DNA of 57,362 nucleotides from Macrostomum lignano (Eukaryota): NCBI GenBank assembly GCA_002269645.1, contig NIVC01004162.1, positions 1 to 57,362 of the forward strand, read 5' to 3'. Shown piece by piece: positions 28,801 to 36,094 of this stretch (position 1 is its first letter; each line of letters starts with the position of its first letter). The notes under the pieces were generated by a model. It saw only the letters and a program-made list of their open reading frames with translations, ran no database searches and was not told where the DNA came from. The position numbers and the translations under genes were made by a program.

Positions 28801-31232
28801 TTGCAGAAAGCAGCCTCAAGCCTGCCAAAATCGTCTTTAAAAAAGCAGAAGGGCCCGTTTGATAATGCCGTCAGGACGCTTGAGTTGCTGATTCGCAGCG
28901 GCTTTGAGTCTGAAAATGAAGCACGACTTGATTAAAAAGCTAGCTCGCATTGTTTGCGCGCATTTAAAATTGCAGCAGATCTGTTCCTTCACTTACCGGC
29001 ATCTCTTATACAAAAAACATTGACATCGCAATCGCATTTCCTTGCGACGCTGTTAATCGATAATTTGTCGCAGAACCCCTGCTGTGTATTGTTCCAAGTG
29101 CCGCAGTGACACTCGCCGTCCCGCAGGGCAATGTGCGTGAAGTCGAGCTCATCGCAGCAGTCGGCGCACAGTTCTGTAGTTATTCGGCCACGTACGAGAC
29201 ATGTCTTGTTGAAGTTCTCTTCAACAGTGCTGGAGTTTTTTGCAAAACAACCTACGCGTTGTAGCAGCGATCCTGATATTGTGTTCCAAAGTTAATAGAA
29301 GAAATCAAAGTTTAGATCTATTGACAAATCATCAAGGCTAAATGCATTTCTAATGATAAATTATTAGCTGATTTAGTATTAACTACAGGTAAGAAAAAAT
29401 ATTTGGCAACAGTTCTCTGCAAGAGGATGAGTAAACAATGACTGCTGGCATGCACCTATAAAAGGCTCGAAGCCATGTGGCTATTAGTAATATCCCGTAT
29501 CTCCTTCCTCTACATCCACAGTCGCCTGAATGCACAAACGATAATAGAGGGAAATTCGGAAGTGCTAAAGTGCATCTGCGTTTCGGTGGTTGCCACACCA
29601 GACCATAATAGGCTTAGCTCGAACAGCTATAAACAATTATAAATTTTCCTAGTATATAGCAACACAGCTCGAGCAATTTTAACTGCGGTTGAGCTTGGAA
29701 TACTTATTTTTATCGTAACTACGAATCGACTAGACTCGACGTATTTATTGCCCGACAAGGTCTCTGGAGTCAGCGAGAGCAATTACAGTAGAAGATAAAT
29801 TGTTAAAGTATCCGCAAAAGTCACAGAGTCAACATAATTTTTTTATCACTCACTGCTGGCAATCGGAAAAAACTCAGACAGCGGCAGTCCGACCGGAGCT
29901 CGGCACCGGGACTCGCTGTCAGAGTAATTAAGCATCAGCAGCCGGTCGCCCAGGCTTGCTGCGCCTCGAGCTTTTAGCATCCGAGCAGCTTCGCTCCATC
30001 GAATGCACGGCTTGGTCGTCGTGTACGGCTTTAGCGACCGGTCAGTGCGTTGTAGATCGATTCGCGCTCGATCGTATGCCACCGCGAAACTTCTATTGCC
30101 AGCGTACTCCTCTCCAGACAAGCTGGTTCGACAGTCTAAGAGTGCATCCTCTGCAATGCAATCCACGTTGAATCCTTTCAGCAATCATATTTTAACTGTC
30201 ATAACCAACTCTCCACGAATCTGTGCGCAATAAAATTTATATGTATCTTCTTCACGAAAGTTAGGTGGCGGGTGGTGCGATTCGTCTGATATCAAATCTG
30301 ATCCATATCAAATCCATGAGATTGTACTTGTCCGACAATTGGACAGTCAAGGCTGCTTGCTGTTCATCCAGTCTGCGTACAGTATTAGCGCTTGCATGTG
30401 CTCAACAGTCAGCGGAATGTGCAGAGATGCCTCAGCTTTGGTTGCGGAATGTGGAAAATTCGCCAAAGGCGTTGCGCCAGATGGTGCCTGCAACTCTCCT
30501 GAGAATATTTTAGGCCGAACATCAATATACATGTACGGTAACAAAGCATAGCACCACTAGCAAAATTTAGCAACCATATGTAATCTGATGCTATTATTCT
30601 AAAAGTTAATACAAAGAAAACGCTTATGACTTAAGTATCAAAATATGAAAAAGAGCACTATATGACTCACCATCTAGGGGAAGTTGAAACTTTGCTATGA
30701 AAGCGGCTTCCGTGGCCCTTAGAACGTGAAGTATTGCCCTAGCCGGCTTGCTCAACTCATATAAATCGTCATTTGTTCCATTAAATCGAAAGAAATTAGC
30801 TTTGAATTCAGGTTTCACATGGTCTCTAGCGTTGAAACTAATGTAAACGGATTCAATTTCTTTGCTGGCCCTGCTCATAGTGACTGGCTGGGCGGGGCAG
30901 ATGTACACATCCGGGAACTGGAATCCCAGACTGGACATGGTCATGGTGGTGAGAACAGGCGTCTGAGCGAACCTGTCAAAGAGAGTGTACAGGTGATAGG
31001 CAAATCCTGAATAGGTTCCCAGAAGGAACCCGATCCAAATCAGCTTGCCGATTGTACTGGACTGGCTGGCAAATCTTCCCAAGCCGTGCGCTGTCGTGTA
31101 TCCGAGAAACTCGATGGCAGACCTGCGCAGTTGGTTCGCTTTTGGCGTCCTATCATGCTGCTGCTGCTGCTGCAGCTGTTCCATACTCGGCTCTTGAATC
31201 CCGTGCTTGGTAGCAAGAATAGCAGTGGACAT
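4841..31232 (-). CDS. DEG/ENaC (amiloride-sensitive sodium channel family) gene with kringle and WSC modules; about 968 aa; exons 31232-30671, 30174-29854, 29272-28997, 11238-11065, 10470-10344, 10240-10128, 9603-9245, 9039-8840, 8590-7974, 4998-4841
   Basis: TTAHG (HG motif), TM1, FPDVYIC, CSFGGQSC..HPQLGMCHHF, thumb cysteines, and LLADIGG|ALGLWSG (TM2) joined in frame across the last intron. All listed junctions are GT-AG and phase-compatible, total 2907 nt. Extra small exons between 29272 and 30671 cannot be excluded. Confidence 0.85.
6800..7680 (+). pseudogene. Decayed Ty3/Gypsy pol fragment (RT thumb, RNase H, start of integrase linker) in the last ENaC intron
   Basis: Plus-strand frame-hopping translation: APTNKSELASF..., NFDWTDECSRAFDNLKAE, ELTLRKDASK, EIFVSRTLSAA, SRIGRWAMRLMHFD, IPHADA, DPFTQKILMRIR; several stops and frameshifts. 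Confidence 0.85.
10128..11238 (-). CDS. Kringle-like module 2 of the DEG/ENaC protein (three exons)
   Basis: DC...YTGYRNVAASGEPCLAW, NFCRP, RNPD...PSC, KCDIPAC reproduce the kringle Cys/Trp pattern; the outer introns are both phase 1. Confidence 0.75.
11757..12013 (+). repeat. Left terminal inverted repeat (257 bp, containing about 2.6 copies of an 81-82-bp unit)
   Basis: Reverse complement of 28217-28473 with 3 mismatches, all in the innermost sub-repeat. Confidence 0.97.
12212..12448 (+). CDS. Small orphan Polinton ORF (78 aa)
   Basis: Open frame just inside the left TIR, preceded by the same A-rich AAAAATG context as most element genes; no recognisable motif. Confidence 0.4.
   Translation: MFPVVSPGSYYTQPHPLYKSKYRCKLECSEYMRKYWPDVDINVPNINQALKSHWFEKHGVVINNFDSYYNFAEVIRQL
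12658..12778 (+). promoter_or_regulatory. TATA box plus Pol III A-box-like and B-box motifs bracketing the hammerhead
   Basis: TATAAATA 12658-12665; CTCAGCTGGCTAGAG about 12675-12689 (imperfect A box/D-arm); GGTTCGATTCCC 12767-12778 (B box); T4 at 12792 and T5 at 12852 as possible terminators. Confidence 0.5.
12714..12756 (+). ncRNA. Type I hammerhead ribozyme (minimal, palindromic stem III)
   Basis: Stem I GACUGA(12714-19)/UCAGUC(12751-56); core CUGACGA(12720-26); stem II GGGC-AAACAA-GCCC; GAAA(12741-44); stem III ACC/GGU with no loop; GUC cleavage triplet ending at 12750. Confidence 0.9.
12781..12944. repeat. 60-bp tandem repeat (2.7 copies), each holding a 34-bp palindrome
   Basis: ACATGATTTTTACGAACGTTCGTAAAAATCATGT is perfect at 12846-12879 and 12906-12939 and has one mismatch at 12786-12819; a degenerate half-unit lies at 12507-12546. 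Confidence 0.95.
13356..14219 (-). CDS. Minor capsid protein (penton, single jelly-roll), 287 aa
   Basis: Y-x-V-x-L..F...SNVPNV...NNKFYY N-terminus and ILYNI...VAGG..VVEKP...I..I.....E.G..VDFN.E C-terminus typical of Polinton minor capsids; adjacent to the major capsid gene. Confidence 0.85.
   Translation of the reverse strand: MEAIAERLNNIISHSKESIPITITGRINDSNGMFVEKLEQAIRLDPGANYHVYLNDFTGWSNVPNVMAANNKFYYKWKGAAADPVVFQVSTQSVDTYNNFLENVFTKRGHFETPDASKPEKKLFPVKLTYDLTVVRVVMQVHKDAEVEFKDDTWYRELGFEKKVYKAESAARTATQALGTVSMARESVRGLFLAPNIADIVKGLNILIRTNLSLDWVFKGKRTNILYNISNSVAGGQMVVEKPNPVKRVVLSNKEIHEIVLQFEIEDGMGVDFNCEEFVLTLIIERM
14241..15527 (-). CDS. Major capsid protein (double jelly-roll, hexon-like), 428 aa
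   Basis: Size, position, beta-rich composition and Polinton MCP-like segments (VFVPLRFMSGFC, PRYIII, LYPMFGADVS). Confidence 0.8.
   Translation of the reverse strand: MNDPLTPVFYKINKPILSDDSTIKATQVRVPSHENQNETNLGPGQTLTFTYNGCSSLVSVHSLKSGFHMTFQFKTKGGADAARANVDKHDADVALISNFWAYMFKEFSVSNGSTELERIANFGIVYDAHCLIENPDFIQLGSGAGFIADEKEGDINDSGYKNRKKRYNYALQGADDAAKNPQYRSVDVFVPLRFMSGFCNTFNRLTSNFSYTFRLTRDDRSRVLWTGADHTRMEVKLTGIELYLEVIEPKTALKADYLKAIEKDIDVAYTAYMCRDERNETRTNICIKEGSCSNPRYIIINMRNPNSIIRYMHGDVRSIQHEISDNLYPALPQNGDFSQNKISKFYSELVDLAVKENNGIAITALQYGTLYPMFGADVSARQMPTDNSPVNIVTNIERTVATPVDLYIIYAFERKVKLNMINNSSSKV
15558..16754 (+). CDS. Putative virion core/cement protein, Q/P-rich, 398 aa
   Basis: Intact ORF; the C-terminal GKG-M..YKRLAVLLGAAKTG...KE...ILD.ML segment resembles a domain I recall from Polinton structural ORFs. 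Confidence 0.6.
   Translation: MKRKSTQQISELEKLAQAEKRVTGLINKEQQSYNEFVQAATEFHKPGYGEAKKNIDQVKETIDDIQETQVQKVLGKIPEAPQIQPQPQQPQPHQSQLKVTDNIFGPVERVEHDGKYVFGISMWRRNIYNEPVEYYIDINKKHISVVKGSETKSIPFTETLLTFMTKNQERISDKQLKNYRDLVTFALARDIAILKAPEVLRLMYDNGVNLTRFKKYNHFKQWFDLPDQAEVIKYLEQQQQQQQQPQPQQQQHFTEVLRQLENADPTQVAEYKKQNPTDWQHLEQHSPDRMNRIKQRVFTPQQRQAPHDSSISESEQSFASPPQQPQAQPTPQPQDQPPSTGKGMPEFYKRLAVLLGAAKTGMKDENRKEFVNILDKMLERKYIDKRARELLLSRFNKK
16768..17148 (+). CDS. Small putative core protein with G-x-G motifs (126 aa)
   Basis: Likely start at tttaaaATG 16768, because the ORF-track start overlaps the previous gene; contains RGSGL, SGNGL and KGSGF. Confidence 0.6.
   Translation: MMPIIFEKDIDKYYDKEELNLIKRGSGLFPAGHYPRKERSGNGLADLIAQGAKIFKVIGENKENIKNVAEAAGSVATAAKKIKDTVTPKQEIQPLAPLAPNPDNVDPAVYEKMRASIKKGSGFKFD
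17200..17295. repeat. 21-bp tandem repeat (AAATGACACATCTAAGTCCCA, about 4.5 copies)
   Basis: Directly visible upstream of the ATPase start. Confidence 0.9.
17339..18140 (+). CDS. FtsK/A32-like DNA packaging ATPase, one frameshift near 17610
   Basis: Walker A GSSGSGKT, Walker B HLIVFDD, FTRGRHNNCNVIYIAQ arginine-finger motif; split between ORFs 17201-17614 and 17607-18140 by a 1-nt indel. Confidence 0.9.
18157..18930 (+). CDS. Coiled-coil protein of unknown function, 257 aa
   Basis: Heptad periodicity and an internal 28-aa duplication KV(N/R)NLEEFM(N/T)QSTALHDRIKE. Confidence 0.65.
   Translation: MSINFAGESISGNSALTSAQISILDRRYINSDEKIPEIKLNKNRLKALERSMHQLQINMEDLRLKVARQKFESDKLYVPLLNATNELRSEITSAVSQINSLRSTVNLLGNSTDRRMRILEGGVFTNTAKVNNLEEFMNQSTALHDRIKENVATNIGKVRNLEEFMTQSTALHDRIKERLEALKRKDVSHSSYLNGMYSAWGKIIRRLDRLERTLNLRDIAIDEAESTARPVMSINEIIEFHQNQIKSKENRSFFSKQ
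18980..20458 (+). pseudogene. Polinton membrane-associated protein (242 aa when repaired), interrupted by a MITE
   Basis: 18980-19315 joined to 20066-20458 gives one open frame (..SGSAAA|VSTLPVITAPIAIPLG..). LYP / FRLxxI, two hydrophobic helices and I-x-D-x-x-I-S-x-x-E-F match a protein I recall as common in Polintons/adintoviruses. Confidence 0.8.
19316..20062. mobile_element. 747-bp non-autonomous DNA transposon (MITE), 17-bp TIR, 3-bp TSD; PIF/Harbinger-like (tentative)
   Basis: GGGCCGTATGAATAAAA at 19316-19332 and its exact reverse complement at 20046-20062; GCT duplicated at 19313-15 and 20063-65; subterminal arrays of ttcttgcaag / ttttctca motifs. Confidence 0.9.
20463..20864 (-). CDS. 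Adenain-like cysteine maturation protease, 133 aa
   Basis: GSHW (His), YFDSYG (Asp), LQ...ICG (Gln, Cys) catalytic pattern. Confidence 0.93.
   Translation of the reverse strand: MTTNNFLEDLANELEIPNFREIFMRDTLPDFPLRKECGIMNFDTTDKPGSHWVCWVIDPDRKHKCYYFDSYGTAVPEELRNYMKGKKNKKIYRSDFILQGLSSDICGELCMTVLFAMTKTRKTYKEIIRTCVS
20917..24756 (-). pseudogene. Protein-primed family B DNA polymerase (pPolB), disrupted in this copy or assembly
   Basis: Exo I YADFE, Exo II HNAKNYD, Exo III Y...D; EndoVII-like zinc finger CHIC..RDHCH..G.FRGAAHNTCN; DANNLYG, KLANNSVYGK, YTDTDS. At least 7 frameshifts and one in-frame TAG at 22257-22259. The 24756 start is inferred across a frameshift. Confidence 0.92.
24881..25327 (-). 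CDS. Adenovirus protein X (mu precursor)-like core protein, 148 aa
   Basis: KSGG-ILPLAALIPIIAGAVSAAGGVAGGVATAV closely parallels the adenovirus pX C-terminal MRGG-ILPLLIPLIAAAIGAVPGIASV. Confidence 0.7.
   Translation of the reverse strand: MTKIETRTINKLNKIIESKKPGIISIKGAKVKIDPTQQILQCNEQRHSITDEKSGGILPLAALIPIIAGAVSAAGGVAGGVATAVKAGNDRAHQLELQKIARDKGITIKAGEACPDRDDCENENSVSKSDIVKAIMTLHNAGFTIMRM
25344..26303 (-). CDS. Retroviral-type (rve) DDE integrase, 319 aa
   Basis: HQADL (D), TDPGKEF (D), VERFNLTL (E); fits the 6-bp TSD. Confidence 0.95.
   Translation of the reverse strand: MELSKEPKATVEKWLSKQAVFQVYFPPVKFERPHFSIYKPNEAHQADLLFLPNDSGYKYALTITDVASRYKEARPLKTKKSEAVAAALQDIYKNSPLTYPQIFMTDPGKEFMGVVKSLMEKKNTEIRYGRTELHRDQAFVERFNLTLAKRLFTKQTAQELKLSAGQYYTKWTDRLPTVIEQLNNEVTRMTGLKPSHAIKQDTVELKASHRTDNNTTTPHNTHNTKHTSNYPKLPGVESPYILTNSEFLRFLYLPGELEKDTKRRATDPYFSLDVHKIDRHFTSDSGDYYFLSQAFNPKSPTRSFTRAELLVIPADTEIN
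26413..26913 (+). CDS. Parvovirus VP1u-type phospholipase A2 domain protein (166 aa)
   Basis: LPGYKYCGPLN calcium loop and NELDSVCMWHDVKY catalytic HD; likely start aaaataATG at 26413. Confidence 0.85.
   Translation: MQRSGGKIDSHGLIEKLPHPNKGWTLPGYKYCGPLNPLEIQLDKNNNPNPGHEPVNELDSVCMWHDVKYRDFPEEKNRWDKEMLKRLDNIGASSGFRESIARKLVKAVIFSKTKLGLGVYAEGGCLGREGECTGREGERTGAEFILCAPNNELGRLLKELGVERGA
27275..27907 (+). CDS. Coiled-coil / Pro-rich / C-terminal RING finger protein, 210 aa
   Basis: CPYC..x11..CC...FCNQC..x11..CPLC RING-like spacing, with the usual His position not a His. Confidence 0.75.
   Translation: MPSLSTLKERVIALKRKQNSKLGPLTASHRKSDFRRINIEVFLQEEEPQYKENELFLQRLREYRSSRNKLHHLEETVRTQTRFNQERRAEEEEADNIRFQEADPPLPNHPPVESPALTNLPPPPTTWLQPPTQLAASQPGLSQPPIQPKAEPMVTDWSNSGGLCPYCQHEPQYPVFTTCCRGVFCNQCLTTALAQGEQTCPLCRSPREQV
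27912..28117. repeat. 89-bp tandem repeat, about 2.3 copies, between the RING gene and the right TIR
   Basis: actcgagcatactactgaac recurs at 27921, 28010 and 28099. Confidence 0.9.
28217..28473 (-). repeat. Right terminal inverted repeat (257 bp)
   Basis: 254/257 identical to the left TIR by manual alignment. Confidence 0.97.
28997..29272 (-). CDS. WSC-domain exon of the DEG/ENaC protein (not in the ORF track)
   Basis: Translates as RVGCF...ITTELCADCCDELDFTHIALRDGECHCGT...CDC...C, the WSC pattern; acceptor cag| at 29272, donor |gtaagt at 28996, phase 1-1. Confidence 0.75.
29854..30174 (-). CDS. Kringle-like module 1 exon of the DEG/ENaC protein
   Basis: DCRTSLSGEEYAGNRS...KPCIRW...CRAP; phase 1-1 exon. 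The C-terminal kringle cysteines were not located. Confidence 0.6.
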
Positions 31233-32851
31233 ATGCAGCTTTCTTTGTCCGGTATTTTAGCTGTTTGCGCAACTGCTTATATGATCGGCTTGCATGCACA
31301 TGTGAAAAGTTCAGGGTTCAATGCTACGAGTGTGTGGCTGCAAGGGGCATGATGGATATAGGATTCCCCTATCCCCTTCTGCACATGCGTCTGAATGTAC
31401 GAACGAAAGGAGAGAGACTGACGGGAGTGCATCTGCGTTCCGATGCTTGCCTACCAACCCATAATGGGATTAGCTCGCACAATTTCGACACTTATAAATT
31501 TTCATAGCGCATACCAACGCAGCTCGAATGAATTTAATCGCACAGTCGAGCTTGAAATATTCCTAACTCCCACCTACTCGACGCATTCATAATTGCTGTG
31601 GAACAACCGCAAATTGCACGAATGATTTATCAGCAAAATAAAGCAAAATATTCACATTATGATGGACGAGCTATCCAGATAACTACCGCAACTCGGGAGT
31701 AGCATAATTCTGGACTACTACAGTACAAGAGGCGGACGACATCACCGAAGGTGGGCGCAACCCTTCCGCGAATATTTTTCAGTACTTTAGTTTTCACGTT
31801 CCCTACACACACTTATCTGCATTAGAAGCTTAAAATTATAATGAAAACGTTGACCTTTAAATTCACGCGTACTTGCGCTCGTATTTCAAAATATTGTGCG
31901 TTCACTGCAAGTTTCAAATGATCAGCAGTCAGGACGTGTAAACTGAATGTAGCTGCCATTGCTACAGTAAAGTACAGTACTTCGACTTGGACATACGTTG
32001 TGGACACGACGAAAACATTCCAGTGTTTGCTGAAGCGCTTTTAAACAGTTAAGGGTAGTGACTACTGACGAGTAGCAAAAGAAGATTTCTCGAGCAATAA
32101 TTGTAAATATGAAATTTTCTTCAGAAAGCAAAGAATGCTGTTCTTCTTTTAGGTGAGAAGGATTAGTCAGAATCTCTAAATCTCAGCATCTCAGAATGGT
32201 AAAGCTGAAATCAATACCTATAACAATTCCTCAGATTCCAAGGCTCGTTCAGAATGTTGAGCTAAACAGAAGAGCTAAAGAATGGGGGGGGACTGGGGGC
32301 TCATCTGTTTTTCTCCCTATTTCGCTAGTCATCTCTCATGAGTTCGCAAATTCTTCGTTCGCTCCTCTGGAAGAAATCCTGATTCCATAGCTGGTCCCGA
32401 CTGATTTCTAGGCGGTGCGATGCAGTGATGCGATGTCAAAGTGTAATTTTTCAAATGCCGTCGCCGATTGTACTTTAAGTGCATGTCCTCAAAGAGGGCC
32501 TCAAAAAGCAGCTACATGTGTAAATAATCATTTTTATCTGACACAAATATACAAAATAATTTTTCGTAAAAATTAACATGTCATTGATTCGCCCAGCCAA
32601 TCAGTACTTCTCTGGGACTAGTGTCTTTGATAAAATCCCTTTGATGCGACCCCGGGCTAATGCGATCCAATCAGATTAACAAAAACGAATTTTTTAAAGA
32701 AAAGTACCCAAAAATTCGAGTATAAAAATCAGAGCTGTTGTTAAAAATGAGTCTTACTCGGATAGGGCTGCTATTATACTTCTAATTCTACTTCTTCTAA
32801 GCCTATTTAAAATTAAACCATCCACGCTCTTAGCTTTACAGGAGCTTCATC

Positions 32852-33362
32852 ATGCTAAAGGCAGCTGGAATTCTCGCTATTGTCGCAATCGCAGCCGTGA
32901 CAGGCAGCCAAACTACTGCTAAACGGAGGGTTTTCGGAGAAGCGGGTATGTTCAGCTTATACAATGTCCATTGTTACCGAATATATCGCGTTTTAAAACA
33001 AAAAAAAACTATTTTTGTTGCAACCAGGAATGAATTTATCGTAAGCTTCTCGTTCATTTAGCGCCTATGATGGCCAACCCACAAGGCGGTAAAAGGTCAG
33101 CGGCCCTAAAAGCCGCACACTTGATGACTAAGCAACTAATAAATAACCAATCGTTATCTCAACCGCAACAGACCTGCAGAGGGTCAAGCTGAACTCCCTG
33201 TGCACTCGACTCTGCCGAAACGTCTTTAATTCGAATGACCCGTTCTGCGTGGGCGATTTCCTCATTCACAATGGGCATCCTGACTGCGTCTGTTCCAAGC
33301 ACTGCCGCCACTCGGTGCTGCACTGGCTGCACCTGGATGGTCATCAGGAACCGGGCCGCTGA
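32852..33362 (+). CDS. Small secreted six-cysteine peptide precursor (103 aa); exons 32852-32945, 33062-33088, 33172-33362
   Basis: Hydrophobic signal MLKAAGILAIVAIAAVTG, KRR site, two GT-AG phase-1 introns joining in frame, Cys pattern C-x3-C-x10-C-x12-C-x-C-x3-C. Confidence 0.6.
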
Positions 33363-33790
33363 TCGGCTTTGATTAACTAACAAATCCAAATGTACTTTAA
33401 CGTCTAAGATCTTTGCGTTGCTAACTTTTAATCGGCTATTGTTAAACTTTCTACAGCCGACTAAATAGAAAGTGAAATCGAGGGATTGAATTTAAGCAAC
33501 AACAGCATGCTGTCAGTTGTTTAAAGCCTCATTAATAACTAAAATTCGGTCTTTATCGTCACTTTGCGGTGTTGCATGCAGTATTTGTATGCAACAAAAC
33601 ATTCACAAACAAGAAGAATATTAGCGCAAATCACAAAAGCAGAAAAAAGTATTAATCTCGAAATAACAAGAGACAATAGCCCACTAATATCGAAATATCG
33701 TCCAGGGAATGAGAAAAAGATCTGTGCGTAATAACAGTAAGTCATTGGTTCTTCATTTGTAAACAATTTGTAAAAAGCAACTAGGACTAT

Positions 33791-33906
33791 AGCCTAGTAG
33801 TTAGAGCGTATAAAAGGTCAGGGGTTCGATTCTGGACCCATTCGGAATCATTTGTGTCCTTGAGAAACTCTGCACTTCTTCAGTTCACTCAGCTGTAAAA
33901 TGGGTG
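33791..33906 (+). mobile_element. tRNA-derived SINE relic with CORE-like segment
   Basis: A box agcctagtagttagagcg, B box ggggttcgattc, then tgtgtccttg...ctcagctgtaaaatggg resembling the CORE-SINE domain. Confidence 0.65.
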
Positions 33907-35291
33907 GGGTAATTGAGGATTAGCCCCCCCTTCAGTTCTTGGACTGAACAGCCGTACGCAGCCTTCAGATGCGCCGCACAATAGCTGCGGCTGAGCTGTC
34001 GGTTGCACATCTACAAATTAGGACAGGTGCAATTCAAAGCAAGTTTTGAACGTCCTGTTCAAGGTTTGGAGAATCGCTATTCTCTTTTCAGCAGGTAATC
34101 CAATCAGATATAGTGATAGATAGCTTATCACGCTTTTTATCAGACGCTTTATTTAAACCAGTCCACCGATATTGTCCTCTTTGTTGCTGACAGATCCTTG
34201 TGAACCTTTAAATTTAACTCTGACGTGGATTTACACGACGGGGTTCGCACAGTTTTTTTAGCGCATAGGGTCTTTCGATCTGAGGGCTGAATCAAGCAAC
34301 CCATTGTTGAGCGAACCCATGATAGGCTAGGTGGTGACAGTGGGTTGACGCAGCTGACTTATGGGGAGGGGGTTGTGCGTAAGTGGCTAACAGTAATAGG
34401 GAGAGTGGTAGTCAATCAGAATTGGACAAGCCTAGGGCCGGGGCTGCAAACATCCTGTTAGACTGGGTTAATGGGGGTTTAAGCAACCGCGGCCCACTTG
34501 ACCGTTAGCCGCAGCTTGCTCATCAGTGTAGGTGTACACACGGTAAAGGCCGGCTGCACATTACCCCTAATAGCACCGCAGATCAGAGATTGCTCAAATC
34601 AATGTACAGTTTGTTTAGAACCGTTTTAAAAGGTGTACTCTTTGCTTTCACTAGTTTAGGAATTTAATATAGGACCAATTTGAATTTTTAATGCAGTGAA
34701 CTCATGCTTCTCTAATAATAATTGAAATTTCCAGTGGTCTATCAGCAATCTGAACATCTAGAGACACGTTTAGCAGCACCACGTTCCCAAGCAACCCATG
34801 AATTCGATTCCGAGTCATCAGCGTGAGTGCCCAGAAGACGCCACTTGCAAATTTAAGAGCTAGACAGGACGTGGCTTCGATTCGAGTAAGTCTTTCTTCA
34901 AATCAGTTGCTGCGCATCGAGTGCCTTTGGGCCTCGCCGAGGGCAATTTCAGGTGACGGGTAATTTAGCTAACTTAATGATCATTTTTTTAATTATCAAC
35001 GGATCTGAGACTGATTCGTTTTTCTCGAATTTTGATATAATTGCTCTCATCTGATTGAGGAGTCTTCACTGATTCTGCGTAATTAATCTTTGTAGAAAGC
35101 TCAGCACTTGACAAATATGACTAGTTTCTATTTATTAGTTTTGGAACAGATTTTAAAACGATTCTACTGATAGTAGTCAGGGTACGCTAATTTTTATTCT
35201 GCCTGTAGTTGAGGCTGAATTCGATTGACCAGGGACTTCTAGTAATAGCAGTAGTGGACTGGAAACTAGACTGAAGCATTTGCCACTTCCC

Positions 35292-35735
35292 TCTATCAAA
35301 GTTCGTCTCCTTCCAGCTCCCTTCTCTCTATCCGGTTCTATCAAAGTTCGTTTCCTTCCAGCTCCCTTCTCTCTATCCGGTTCTATCAAAGTTCGTTTCC
35401 TTCCAGCTCCCTTCTCTCTATCCGGTTCTATCAAAGTTCGTTTCCTTCCAGCTCCCTTCTCTCTATCCGGTTCTATCAAAGTTCGTTTCCTTCCAGCTCC
35501 CTTCTCTCTATCCGGTTCTATCAAAGTTCGTTTCCTTCCAGCTCCCTTCTCTCTATCCGGTTCTATCAAAGTTCGTTTCCTTCCAGCTCCCTTCTCTCTA
35601 TCCGGTTCTATCAAAGTTCGTTTCCTTCCAGCTCCCTTCTCTCTATCCGGTTCTATCAAAGTTCGTTTCCTTCCAGCTCCCTTCTCTCTATCCGGTTCTA
35701 TCAAAGTTCGTTTCCTTCCAGCTCCCTTCTCTCTC
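35292..35735. repeat. 45-bp minisatellite, about 10 near-identical copies
   Basis: Unit ttctatcaaagttcgtttccttccagctcccttctctctatccgg. Confidence 0.97.
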
Positions 35736-36094
35736 ATCTCTCCTCTCTCTTCTCATCAGCTCTCCTCTCTCCTCCTCTTCTCATCAGCTCTCCTCTCTCC
35801 TCTCCCCTCTCATCAGCTCTCTATGAGAGGTGATAAGATATAAAGATATATTATCTCTTTCTCATATTTTCACTTATCTGTCATCTTTATAAATTTTTTA
35901 ACTGTCAGTGGAGCCTCAGCCAGTGAGAAACTATTTGAAGCTATCAATAAACTTCTTCACATCTAGCAGGAAACTCAGAATTTAAATTTGACAAACGAAC
36001 AATTGGTTTATAATTAAAAACAGGTTACGTTCAGAAATGATTAGAAAAGTGGAATGCAATTGGCGCTAAAATCTCAGCGCTATATTTCTGGCGT

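Noticed and set aside
30350-30498. Possible additional ENaC exon (acceptor at 30498, phase 1)
   Set aside because: The frame hits a stop before any GT donor and only a weak GC donor would rescue it; needs cDNA.
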